Shown: piece after piece, positions 8,795 to 16,864 of the stretch
Numbering within the stretch: position 1 is the first letter of the stretch
Layout of the letters: every line of letters begins with the position of its first letter
Origin: an uncultured Bacteroidota bacterium
GTDB taxonomy: Bacteria > Bacteroidota > Bacteroidia > Bacteroidales > F082
Direction of reading: 5' to 3'
Assembly (NCBI GenBank): GCA_903891085.1
Contig: CAITDJ010000113.1
Span: forward strand, 41,276 to 65,275
DNA: 24,000 bases
The notes under the pieces: model-generated
Seen by the model: only the letters and a program-made list of their open reading frames with translations
Told to the model about the DNA's origin: nothing
Database searches by the model: none
Translations under genes and position numbers: made by a program

Positions 8795-9380
8795 CAGAAA
8801 ACCATTGTTTGTATTCATCAACAGTATTAATATTTGCAAGCACCGCAGTATCTGAAACTTCCTGTTTGTGAATATCAAATCCCTTCAGATACTGTTTAAA
8901 ATCAAGATTATTATCCATTGATTTCAGATTATTTACCAGTTTTTCGGATAACAACAGCGGATGACCGCCTTTATGCTGAAAGGCCGGACAAACACCATCA
9001 TATTCCTTTAACGAATGAACAAGTAACCTGAGCAATGCTTCGTTTACAAATGGATTATCCACATTCTGAATGAAAGCCGGGTTTGTTCCGGTCAGGACAG
9101 CCAAACCCGCGTTGATGGAAGAAAAACGCCCTGCCTCAGGATTTGGATTAATAACCATTTCAACCCGATCGGAAGGCAACAACGCAATCTTATGAATAAA
9201 TGATAAACATTCCTGATTAATTACGACCACTATTTTATTGCAGCCAAAAGCGACATATTCAGCGATAATCTTTTCAAGAAATGTATTATTTGCATCAAAC
9301 CGCAGTGAAAATTTTGGCTCACCAAAGCGCTGCGAACGACCGGCAGCAAGAATTATCGCGTTATAATCCGAAGAACCCAT
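8787..9380 (-). CDS. MobA-like NTP transferase; MocA/YgfJ-like molybdenum cofactor cytidylyltransferase family
   Basis: 197 aa. The N-terminal nucleotide-binding loop is AIILAAGRSQRFGEPK. It also has GHPLLL and a C-terminal NINTVDEY, which parallel E. coli MocA GHPILV and DIDTPDDF as I recall them. It is the last gene of a three-gene minus-strand unit. Confidence 0.75.
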   Translation of the reverse strand: MGSSDYNAIILAAGRSQRFGEPKFSLRFDANNTFLEKIIAEYVAFGCNKIVVVINQECLSFIHKIALLPSDRVEMVINPNPEAGRFSSINAGLAVLTGTNPAFIQNVDNPFVNEALLRLLVHSLKEYDGVCPAFQHKGGHPLLLSEKLVNNLKSMDNNLDFKQYLKGFDIHKQEVSDTAVLANINTVDEYKQWFSAT

Positions 9381-9385
9381 ATAAT

Positions 9386-10027
9386 TTATTCATTTTCTTG
9401 TTGAGATTGAATCGGGGAGCACATAAATATATTGCCTTGTTTATCTGAAAAACTGATCAGACCGAAGTGCTGTGCAAAATATATTTTCTCAATATCAGTC
9501 GGATAAACGGAGTTTTTAAAAATTACCTCAAGCGCGTCACCAAATAAATTATCATACATTATGCGGTTAATCTCAACGTCGCTGTTTCTGCTTTGGTTTG
9601 TTTCCAGATCATAATCAGCCGTTCGCGAAACCCAGTTTCCAAGGTATTTGTAGTAATTCACAGAAATGTAAAATCCATCTGCACTATTGCCTGATCCCCG
9701 TATATTCACAGTGAAATTCAAAGGAGATACTGATGTTCGGTAATTTAGTGACAGATCGTAGCTTCCGTATTTGTTTCCACAATCATCTTCAACCGTGTTT
9801 TCTGTTTGGAAATAATAATAACTCAGGGTCATCGACTGGCTGATTCCGTGTCGGTCAACAATGATAAACCGGGTTTGGGTAGTATCAGGATACCAGCGAA
9901 CCATTTCCTGACGCAATGATTCAAGTTTTGCCAGATCGAGACAAGGTTCGTTTTTGCAGGTGGAAAGTGCAAACACAAAACCAAAAAGAGCCAATACTCT
10001 AATTGTTAATATAATAGGCTTCTTCAT
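9386..10027 (-). CDS. Lipoprotein of unknown function (paralog A)
   Basis: 213 aa with an ATG start. The signal peptide has a lipobox (FALSTC). The gene starts 29 nt inside the upstream gene and ends 5 nt before the mocA-like gene. I recognise no family. Confidence 0.65.
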   Translation of the reverse strand: MKKPIILTIRVLALFGFVFALSTCKNEPCLDLAKLESLRQEMVRWYPDTTQTRFIIVDRHGISQSMTLSYYYFQTENTVEDDCGNKYGSYDLSLNYRTSVSPLNFTVNIRGSGNSADGFYISVNYYKYLGNWVSRTADYDLETNQSRNSDVEINRIMYDNLFGDALEVIFKNSVYPTDIEKIYFAQHFGLISFSDKQGNIFMCSPIQSQQENE

Positions 10028-10556
10028 TGTTCATCCCGATTTTAATCAGTCCGTTTGTTTTTGTGTAGAAAAGCGAATCAAACGTGATGATATTTGTGTC
10101 AACAATCTGATTTGTAAAAATGAAAATATCCCTGTAAATAGTATTGTTAATTTTCAAACTATCTATGGTTGGTTGAGATATTGAATAAATACTGAAATAA
10201 TTATTATTCAGTTTGCATTGAAGCCATGGCATAACTGATTGCGGGGTCACGATAAAATTGAATATCAATTCGGGTTCATTGCTCAGTATTATTAATTCCA
10301 TCTGCTCATACGACCAGTAATTTTCGCCGGGATGACCTGTTTCAGATTTTCTCCAGCTTGTGTTTAACGAAACCACCTGAAAGTCAAATTCGAATCCGCC
10401 TGAATGGATAAAGCCAATCGTATCTCCCAATTGATACGGAACAAAATCGAGTTCAGCCTGCGTGAGGGGATACCGGTTTGTTTCGACACTTTTTTTACAG
10501 GAAAACAGGAAAACAGGAATCAGCAGAAACAAAAATAAATGTTTATAAGGGCACAT
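9999..10556 (-). CDS. Lipoprotein of unknown function (paralog B)
   Basis: 185 aa with an ATG start. The signal peptide has a lipobox (FLFSC). Several short motifs line up by eye with the downstream lipoprotein. I recognise no family. Confidence 0.65.
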   Translation of the reverse strand: MCPYKHLFLFLLIPVFLFSCKKSVETNRYPLTQAELDFVPYQLGDTIGFIHSGGFEFDFQVVSLNTSWRKSETGHPGENYWSYEQMELIILSNEPELIFNFIVTPQSVMPWLQCKLNNNYFSIYSISQPTIDSLKINNTIYRDIFIFTNQIVDTNIITFDSLFYTKTNGLIKIGMNNEEAYYINN

Positions 10557-10575
10557 GAACAGGAAAATTTTCCAT

Positions 10576-10583
10576 CAAAGGTA
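10576..10583 (-). promoter_or_regulatory. Candidate -7 promoter box for the lipoprotein-lipoprotein-mocA-like operon
   Basis: The minus strand reads TACCTTTG, matching TAnnTTTG, about 20 nt upstream of the ATG at 10556. Confidence 0.35.
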
Positions 10584-10655
10584 CCATTTTGTTGCTGTTA
10601 GATACGGAATTAAAGGAATAATAGTGTTGGATTGGTTGACTTCAAAATCATTTTC

Positions 10656-10663
10656 TACATTTG
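10656..10663 (+). promoter_or_regulatory. Candidate -7 promoter box for the ygfK-like gene
   Basis: TACATTTG matches TAnnTTTG. An imperfect -33 (ATTG, 10631-10634) lies 21 bp upstream. The ATG is at 10718. Confidence 0.35.
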
Positions 10664-10717
10664 GAAGAAATTGCAACGTTATTAGTGACGCATTCGTAAA
10701 ATATTAACCTGAGAAAA

Positions 10718-13700
10718 ATGACAGACCGGTTTTCACCCATTTCAATTCAGCATCTTTTCAAACTGATATTCAAAGAATTAAACGAAAGAGATTCCATTTT
10801 CGGAATTCCTCGAAGTTTGTTTTATCATTCCCACTCAACTGTCAATTTGCGAACCGAAATTTTCGGAACCCATCTTCAAAATCCGCTTGGGGTGGCTGCC
10901 GGCCCGCACTCACAAATGGCCCAAAACATTATTGGCGCATGGCTTTGTGGAGCGCGTTATATCGAGTTGAAAACCATTCAGACCCTCGACGAACTTGAAA
11001 TTACCAAACCCTGTATCGATATGCAGGATGAGGGCTACAATTGTGAGTGGTCGCAGGAACTCAACATAAACCAAAGTTTTGATGAGTACCTGAATGCCTG
11101 GATACTCATTCATGTGCTGCATCATACACTTAATTTTGCCGACAAACCGGATACAATTTTCAATATGAGCGTTGGCTACAACCTCAGCGGTATCATGGAG
11201 GCTAATGTGCAAGGGTTTTTTAGTAGAATGAATGATTGTTCGGCTGAACTTGCCTTGAAAAGAGATGAACTACGTTCAAGCTTTCCTGCTATTGACGAAA
11301 TAGAAATACCGATTCAAATCTCCAACAACATAACACTATCAACCATGCATGGTTGTCCGGCCAACGAAATCGAATCCATTGCGGCCTATTTGCTGAAAGA
11401 GAAAGGATTACACACTTACGTAAAACTGAATCCGACCTTGCTCGGACCTGAGACATTAAGGCAAATATTGAATGAAAAGCTGAAATTTAAAACAGTGGTT
11501 CCAGATGAAGCGTTTGCCCACGACCTCAAATACGACGACGCACTCCAAATCATCCGATCACTGCAAAAAACTGCTTCAGCCTGTGGCTTGCAATTCGGAC
11601 TAAAACTTAGCAACACACTCGAGTCGGTCAATAGTAAAAATGTTTTTGGCAAGGACATCGCAATGATGTATATGAGTGGCCGCGCTTTGCATCCGCTCAC
11701 AGCAAATCTTGCCCTAAAACTGCAAAAAGAATTCAATGGCGGGTTGCAGCTATCCTTTTCGGGTGGTGCCGATGCTTTCAATGTTGCCGGTTTACTTGGC
11801 TGCGGTTTTAAAACCATTACTGTCTGTTCCGATCTTCTCAAACCGGGTGGATATATGCGATTACCGCAGTATTTCGACGAAATTGAAACAAGTTTTATGG
11901 CTTGCAGGGTTCACAACATCCCCGATTTTATCCAAAAAACTAATAACGGAACATCGCCAACGCTCGCAGCCCTAAAAAACCTTGAACAATATGCCCTGAA
12001 TACACTCGAAAACAAACTGTATAAAAGGCAATATCTTGTGGATCAAAGCATCAAAACACAAAGGAAATTAAATGCATTTGATTGCATTTCAGCACCTTGT
12101 GTAGAAACCTGCGCCACCAACCAAGCAATACCTGAATACCTGCTTCACACAGCCAATGCCGATGTTGAAGCAGCTTACAAGACAATCCTCGGCACCAATC
12201 CATTTCCTTCCATCACCGGTATGGTGTGCGATCATCTTTGTCAGAATAAATGTACCCGGATTAATTATGATCAATCTTTACTGATTCGTGAAGTGAAAAG
12301 GTTTGTTTCGGAACAAAACGAAGTAAAACTCACCAAATCGGTTGATAACAAAATAAATATCGCTGTTGTGGGTGCTGGTCCTTCAGGATTATCCTGCGCT
12401 TACTATCTTGCACTGGCCGGTTGCAGCGTAGATGTTTTTGAGTCAAAAACGAAGGCGGGCGGAATGGTGCAATTTGCTATTCCCGGTTTTCGACTGACAG
12501 ACGAGGCCATTGAAAAAGACTTTAAAAGGGTTACTGATTTGGGTGTAAACATTCACTTTAACCATAAAATTGATACCGCCAGTTTTGAAAAACTGAAATC
12601 TGAATATAACTATGTATATATAGCTGCCGGTGCGCAACTTTCTACCCAACTTTTCCCCGATGATATTTCATTGAAAGGTCACCTCGATCCGTTGGATTTC
12701 CTTTTCAAGGCCAAATCGGGTGAAAGCACCGGAATTGGAAAAAATGTTGTGATCATTGGAGGTGGCAACACAGCCATGGACGCGGCACGCACCGCCTGGC
12801 GACTTGTTGGCAAGGAAGGGAAAGTCACTATCGTTTACCGGAGAACCATCAACGAGATGCCTGCTGATCAGGGTGAAATACAGGCCGTACTCGAAGAAGG
12901 TGTGAATATAGTTGAACTTGTTTCACCAGAAAAAATCATCCAGCAAAATGGTATCATTACTGGCTTACTATGTTCGAAAATGATGCTGAAAAGTGCTGAA
13001 GGCAACCAGCGACCTGTTCCGGTGAAATTGCCTGATGCTGAATTTATTATTGATTGCGACACCATCATTCCGGCCATTGGTCAGCAACTTGATGTTGATT
13101 TCATTGAAAACAAACCACTGACCGGTGAAAAAGTCAACTACCATACTGCTGACAAAAAAGTCTTCATTGGTGGCGATGCGTTACGCGGCGCTGCCACTGC
13201 CATCAAAGCCATCGGTGACGGACGCAAGGTTGCGGAACAAATGTTGAAACAAGCAAGTGTTGCAAAAACAATTACTGCCAAAACCATCCACACAGGCTCA
13301 CGGGAAGAATTGTTACTGAAAAGAACAAAAAGAGTTTTCGCACCAATACTTGATGAACTGGAACCAGACGAACGCAGAAACTTTAACCTGGTCAGTCAAA
13401 CCTTGCCGAAAGAAATGATCGTGAAAGAGGCAGAACGCTGTTTGCAATGCGACGAACTTTGCAGCATTTGCACCACAGTTTGCCCAAATTTTGCCAACAT
13501 GGCCTACCAAACAGCGCCCATCTCCTGTCAGATTGAAAAAGCAACACTCATCAGGGGTGAAATACTGATCGAACAGGCCGGAACCTTTACGGTGAATCAA
13601 ACCGAACAGATTCTGAATATCGCTAATTTCTGCAACGAATGTGGTAACTGCAGCACTTTTTGCCCGACTACCGGCGCGCCCTACAAACACAAACCGAAAG

Positions 13701-13984
13701 TGTATCTTACACAAACCTCATTTGATGCAGCACCTGAAGGCTATTATTTTGATGAATTCGACCGCTTGATTTTCAAAAACAAAGAGGGAAAATTTAGTCT
13801 TTCGGAAAATGAAAACTCGTTATTGTTCGACAGCGAACAGGTTTTTGTCTCTTTACGAAAAGAAAACCTGAGTATCGAAAACATCGTGTTTAAATCACGG
13901 AATCCGGAAGCATTTACAACACAAATGGCGGCCACCATGCGGGTGGTGTTGGAAGGCGCAAAAATGTTGACGTTCAGCGAATAA
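10718..13984 (+). CDS. ygfK: YgfK-like Fe-S flavoprotein oxidoreductase ('putative selenate reductase subunit YgfK' family): DPD/DHOD-like barrel, glutamate-synthase-small-subunit-like FAD/NAD(P) domains and a ferredoxin domain
   Basis: 1088 aa. Directly visible features:
- Two Rossmann motifs: VAVVGAGPSGLSCAYYLALAG and VVIIGGGNTAMDAART.
- Cys clusters: CISAPCVETC, CDHLCQNKCTR, CLQCDELCSICTTVCP and CNECGNCSTFCP.
Many blocks are collinear with my recollection of E. coli YgfK: ELKT-Q-LD-LE--KPCID, FNMSVGYNL-GI, TLSTMHGCP--EIE, KLNPTLLG, MYMSGRAL-PL, DLLKPGGY-RL, IPEY, ITG--CDH-C---CTR-NYD and YCNECGNC--FCP---PYK-K. Confidence 0.85.
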   Translation: MTDRFSPISIQHLFKLIFKELNERDSIFGIPRSLFYHSHSTVNLRTEIFGTHLQNPLGVAAGPHSQMAQNIIGAWLCGARYIELKTIQTLDELEITKPCIDMQDEGYNCEWSQELNINQSFDEYLNAWILIHVLHHTLNFADKPDTIFNMSVGYNLSGIMEANVQGFFSRMNDCSAELALKRDELRSSFPAIDEIEIPIQISNNITLSTMHGCPANEIESIAAYLLKEKGLHTYVKLNPTLLGPETLRQILNEKLKFKTVVPDEAFAHDLKYDDALQIIRSLQKTASACGLQFGLKLSNTLESVNSKNVFGKDIAMMYMSGRALHPLTANLALKLQKEFNGGLQLSFSGGADAFNVAGLLGCGFKTITVCSDLLKPGGYMRLPQYFDEIETSFMACRVHNIPDFIQKTNNGTSPTLAALKNLEQYALNTLENKLYKRQYLVDQSIKTQRKLNAFDCISAPCVETCATNQAIPEYLLHTANADVEAAYKTILGTNPFPSITGMVCDHLCQNKCTRINYDQSLLIREVKRFVSEQNEVKLTKSVDNKINIAVVGAGPSGLSCAYYLALAGCSVDVFESKTKAGGMVQFAIPGFRLTDEAIEKDFKRVTDLGVNIHFNHKIDTASFEKLKSEYNYVYIAAGAQLSTQLFPDDISLKGHLDPLDFLFKAKSGESTGIGKNVVIIGGGNTAMDAARTAWRLVGKEGKVTIVYRRTINEMPADQGEIQAVLEEGVNIVELVSPEKIIQQNGIITGLLCSKMMLKSAEGNQRPVPVKLPDAEFIIDCDTIIPAIGQQLDVDFIENKPLTGEKVNYHTADKKVFIGGDALRGAATAIKAIGDGRKVAEQMLKQASVAKTITAKTIHTGSREELLLKRTKRVFAPILDELEPDERRNFNLVSQTLPKEMIVKEAERCLQCDELCSICTTVCPNFANMAYQTAPISCQIEKATLIRGEILIEQAGTFTVNQTEQILNIANFCNECGNCSTFCPTTGAPYKHKPKVYLTQTSFDAAPEGYYFDEFDRLIFKNKEGKFSLSENENSLLFDSEQVFVSLRKENLSIENIVFKSRNPEAFTTQMAATMRVVLEGAKMLTFSE

Positions 13985-13987
13985 TAC

Positions 13988-14350
13988 TCACATGATCGGA
14001 TAAAAAGCATCGTCGATGTGAAAGATGCGCCTCTCGTTTGGGGTTACAATGACTGAAACCACGTCGAAACGGGTTTCAATGTTCAGGTCGTTTTGCTGGA
14101 TATAGGCATCGGCTGCTTTCACAATGGAGCGCTGTTTCTGTTTGTTTACAGCCATTTCGGGTTCGCCAAAAACGTCTGTGGCGCGGGTTTTTACTTCTAC
14201 AATCACCAGCATCTCTCCCTCTTTGGCAATGATATCAATTTCGTGATGCCCGAAATACCAGTTCACTTCCAGAATTTGATAGCCCTTCGCACGCAAATGT
14301 TTGATGGCCAGTTGTTCCCCCAGTTTTCCAAGCTCATTGTGTTGTGCCAT
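13988..14350 (-). CDS. yraN: YraN family (UPF0102) endonuclease-like protein
   Basis: 120 aa. The pattern is G-x-x-GE-x-A-x-x-L-x-x-x-GY-x-IL-x-x-NW, then HEIDIIAKEGEMLVIVEVKTR, which is the typical PD-(D/E)xK-like UPF0102 core. Confidence 0.85.
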   Translation of the reverse strand: MAQHNELGKLGEQLAIKHLRAKGYQILEVNWYFGHHEIDIIAKEGEMLVIVEVKTRATDVFGEPEMAVNKQKQRSIVKAADAYIQQNDLNIETRFDVVSVIVTPNERRIFHIDDAFYPIM

Positions 14351-14492
14351 GGCGCATGAATTGATATCTTTTCAGTCGTTTACGATTACAAATTTACAAT
14401 CAAAGTGCCATATAACTTATGACTGACTTGCGTAATTATTCATATATCATTTATCTACTTTGAGAAATGAAAACGATCAATTTTTGAAACCA

Positions 14493-14524
14493 TTTGTATT
14501 CTAATCAACTTTATTATACTTTTG
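14493..14524 (+). promoter_or_regulatory. Bacteroidota-type promoter upstream of tryptophanase
   Basis: TTTG (14493-14496), a 20-bp spacer, then TACTTTTG (14517-14524) match -33 TTTG / -7 TAnnTTTG. This predicts a leader of about 140 nt before the ATG at 14674. Confidence 0.5.
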
Positions 14525-14673
14525 GTTGTGAAAGATATGATCAATATGACTTATCAGCCCACAGAAAAGCTTAATTATTTGAACATCAAGGAGCGCGACC
14601 GATTTTCCTGATTTTACGCCTGCATCATTTTTTTACTCCAAATATCTTTTTCAACATACTAAATATCAGGAAC

Positions 14674-16053
14674 ATGATGAATATACCTTTCGCTGAATCT
14701 TATAAAATAAAAATGGTTGAATCCATTCGTCGCAGCACCCGCAGCGAACGCGAAAAATGGATCAAAGAAGCAAATTATAATCTCTTTAATTTACGCAGTG
14801 ATCAGGTTTTTGTCGATTTGCTCACCGATTCAGGCACAGGGGCCATGAGCGACCGGCAGTGGTCGGAGATGATGCTTGGCGACGAATCCTACGCCGGCGC
14901 TTCATCTTTTTATAAACTCAAAAATGCCATCGCCGAAATTACGGGTTTCCCCTACTTCCTGCCCACACACCAGGGCCGCGCCGCTGAAAACGTATTGTTT
15001 TCAACCCTTATAAAAGCAGGTGATATTATTCCAGGCAACTCGCATTTCGATACCACAAAAGGACACATAGAGTTTCGAAAAGCAACAGCGGTTGACTGCA
15101 CCATCGACGAAGCATTCAATACCACACTCGATCATCCTTTCAAAGGGAATGTGGATGTTCAGAAACTGGAAAAAGTGCTTTCGTCAAACCCGGCTGAAAA
15201 AATTCCGATGATTATTATTACCATCACCTGTAACAGTTCGGGCGGCCAACCCGTTTCTATCGAAAACATTCGCCAGGTGAGTGGACTTGCAAAAAAATAT
15301 GGTGTTCGGATTATTTTCGATTCGGCACGGTTTGCAGAGAATGCCTATTTCATCAAACTTCGCGAAAAGGAATTTGCCAATCATAGCATCCGCGAGATTG
15401 CCCGCGAAATGTTTTCTTATGCAGACGGCATGACCATGAGCAGTAAAAAAGACGCCATTGTGAATATGGGCGGATTCATTGGATTGCGCGATCAGGCACT
15501 TTTTCAGCAGGCTTCCGTTTACAATATCATGTTCGAAGGCTTTGTCACCTACGGCGGTATGTCGGGGCGCGACATGAACGCTCTTGCACAAGGTCTGTAT
15601 GAAGGCACCGAATTCGATTACCTCGAAACACGCATCAACCAGGTTGCTTTTTTTGGAAATTTACTCAGAGAAGCCTGTGTGCCGGTTCAGTTTCCAATTG
15701 GCGGCCATGCCGTTTTCATCGACGCCAAACGTTTTCTGCCTCAGGTTCCAAAAGAACAATTCATCGCACAAACGCTGGCCATTGAACTGTATATCGAAGG
15801 AGGTATCAGGGCTGTTGAAATAGGGACCATCATGGCTGACCGCGACCCCGAAACCCGTGAGAACCGGTATCCCGATCTTGAGCTGGTGCGTATGGCCATC
15901 CCAAGACGCACCTATACCAACAACCATCTACATTTTGCCGCTGCACACATCATCAATGTGTGGGAACGCCGAAACGAAATTAAAACCGGATATTCCATTC
16001 GTTACGAAGCGCCTATCATGCGGCATTTTACGGTGGAACTCGAAAAAAACTGA
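14674..16053 (+). CDS. tnaA: Tryptophanase (beta-eliminating lyase family; tyrosine phenol-lyase not formally excluded)
   Basis: 459 aa. Family blocks are present: FVDLLTDSGTGAMSDRQWSEMMLGDESYAG, PTHQGRAAEN, GGQPVS, FDSARFAENAYFIK, the PLP-lysine block MSSKKDAIVNMGG (closer to the E. coli TnaA SAKKDAMVPMGG than to the TPL SGKKDCLVNIGG), GGHAVFIDA and IPRRTYT. Confidence 0.85.
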   Translation: MMNIPFAESYKIKMVESIRRSTRSEREKWIKEANYNLFNLRSDQVFVDLLTDSGTGAMSDRQWSEMMLGDESYAGASSFYKLKNAIAEITGFPYFLPTHQGRAAENVLFSTLIKAGDIIPGNSHFDTTKGHIEFRKATAVDCTIDEAFNTTLDHPFKGNVDVQKLEKVLSSNPAEKIPMIIITITCNSSGGQPVSIENIRQVSGLAKKYGVRIIFDSARFAENAYFIKLREKEFANHSIREIAREMFSYADGMTMSSKKDAIVNMGGFIGLRDQALFQQASVYNIMFEGFVTYGGMSGRDMNALAQGLYEGTEFDYLETRINQVAFFGNLLREACVPVQFPIGGHAVFIDAKRFLPQVPKEQFIAQTLAIELYIEGGIRAVEIGTIMADRDPETRENRYPDLELVRMAIPRRTYTNNHLHFAAAHIINVWERRNEIKTGYSIRYEAPIMRHFTVELEKN

Positions 16054-16082
16054 TGACTCTTCCTGTTTGATTGGATTTTATA

Positions 16083-16736
16083 ATGAATGACTTCAAACTC
16101 AAACTGTTAATTTTACTATTCTTTCTTCCTGTTTTTTTGAAATCGCAGGAGGCCACCCATCGCATTGGTATAGGTCTGAATTTGCCGCCTCTGATCGGGA
16201 ACACGATTTCACTTGATGTCGAATGCACAAATAATGAACATTATTCTTTGACATTTGGAATTGGTGGAATGCTGAAAAACAAACTTCAGGGAACCTTATA
16301 TAAGATTGGTGAATCAACTGACAATCACGAGAGTTCAGGTATCTATTCCTCCATTGGGATAAGATATTTATCAGGCAAAACAATGCAAAGAATCCGGTTT
16401 TTTGCCGGGACAAAATTAATTGATGGTTACTTTAAACAATCTGCAACATTTGAAAAACCTTTCGAAGACTGGTTTCGGAACGGTCAGATACCTGAAGATT
16501 ATTATTTTGTTGATGACAGGGTTCATTCCGAAGGTTTATTTGCTGCCATTGCAATAGAATCAGGTATTAATTTAAAAATAACCAATCGTTTCGATACCGA
16601 ATTTGGCTTACATGGCGGATACAATTTTCACAAATCTAAAATAATGGTCAGTAACAGATCTTCGATTCTGCCTGGACTTGGAGCATTAAATATCGTGGGT
16701 ATTCTTAAAATCAAATATCTTATCGTAAAACACTAA
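16083..16736 (+). CDS. Secreted hypothetical protein, outer-membrane beta-barrel-like
   Basis: The ORF track starts at a TTG (16071). The first ATG, at 16083, gives MNDFKLKLLILLFFLPVFLKSQEA, which reads as a signal peptide. The mature part has repeated alternating hydrophobic/polar strands (HRIGIGLNL, YSLTFGIGGML, IYSSIGIRYL, LFAAIAIESGINLKI, EFGLHGGYNF). It lacks a canonical C-terminal aromatic residue. It starts 29 nt after the tnaA stop. Confidence 0.55.
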   Translation: MNDFKLKLLILLFFLPVFLKSQEATHRIGIGLNLPPLIGNTISLDVECTNNEHYSLTFGIGGMLKNKLQGTLYKIGESTDNHESSGIYSSIGIRYLSGKTMQRIRFFAGTKLIDGYFKQSATFEKPFEDWFRNGQIPEDYYFVDDRVHSEGLFAAIAIESGINLKITNRFDTEFGLHGGYNFHKSKIMVSNRSSILPGLGALNIVGILKIKYLIVKH

Positions 16737-16813
16737 TGCCCTTGATGCATATAATAACTGTTGTATAATATGTGTTGTTGTCATTTCGAAAGTTTTTTCC
16801 GGGAATAAAAAAA

Positions 16814-16845
16814 GTTGCAACAGGAAATCCTGCTGCAACTTTATA
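16814..16845. terminator. Hairpin terminator between convergent genes
   Basis: GTTGCAACAGG (16814-16824), loop AAAT, then CCTGCTGCAAC (16829-16839) form an 11-bp stem with one A-C mismatch. An A-run precedes it and TTTAT follows, so it can serve both strands. Confidence 0.55.
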
Positions 16846-16864
16846 TTATGCCCAAAGGCAAGGG

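Noticed and set aside
8553-8855. 100-aa plus-strand ORF overlapping the 3' end of the NlpC/P60 gene and the mocA-like gene
   Set aside because: It is out of frame with two well-supported genes and has no motifs.
10718-13984. Possible selenocysteine (in-frame TGA) recoding in the ygfK-like gene
   Set aside because: The ORF is continuous for 1088 codons with no internal stop. The conserved Cys clusters are all encoded by Cys codons, so there is no evidence for Sec.
10910-14010. Antisense and out-of-frame ORFs inside the ygfK-like gene (for example 11416-11841, 13313-13714, 13744-14010)
   Set aside because: They are shadow ORFs within a continuous 1088-aa ORF that carries collinear family motifs end to end. 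None has independent support.
14537-14611. The 24-codon uORF upstream of tnaA as a true TnaC homolog
   Set aside because: It has the same length as E. coli TnaC. However, it lacks the functionally essential Trp and the C-terminal Pro and shows no sequence resemblance. I kept it only as a generic leader-ORF hypothesis in the findings, not as a TnaC call.
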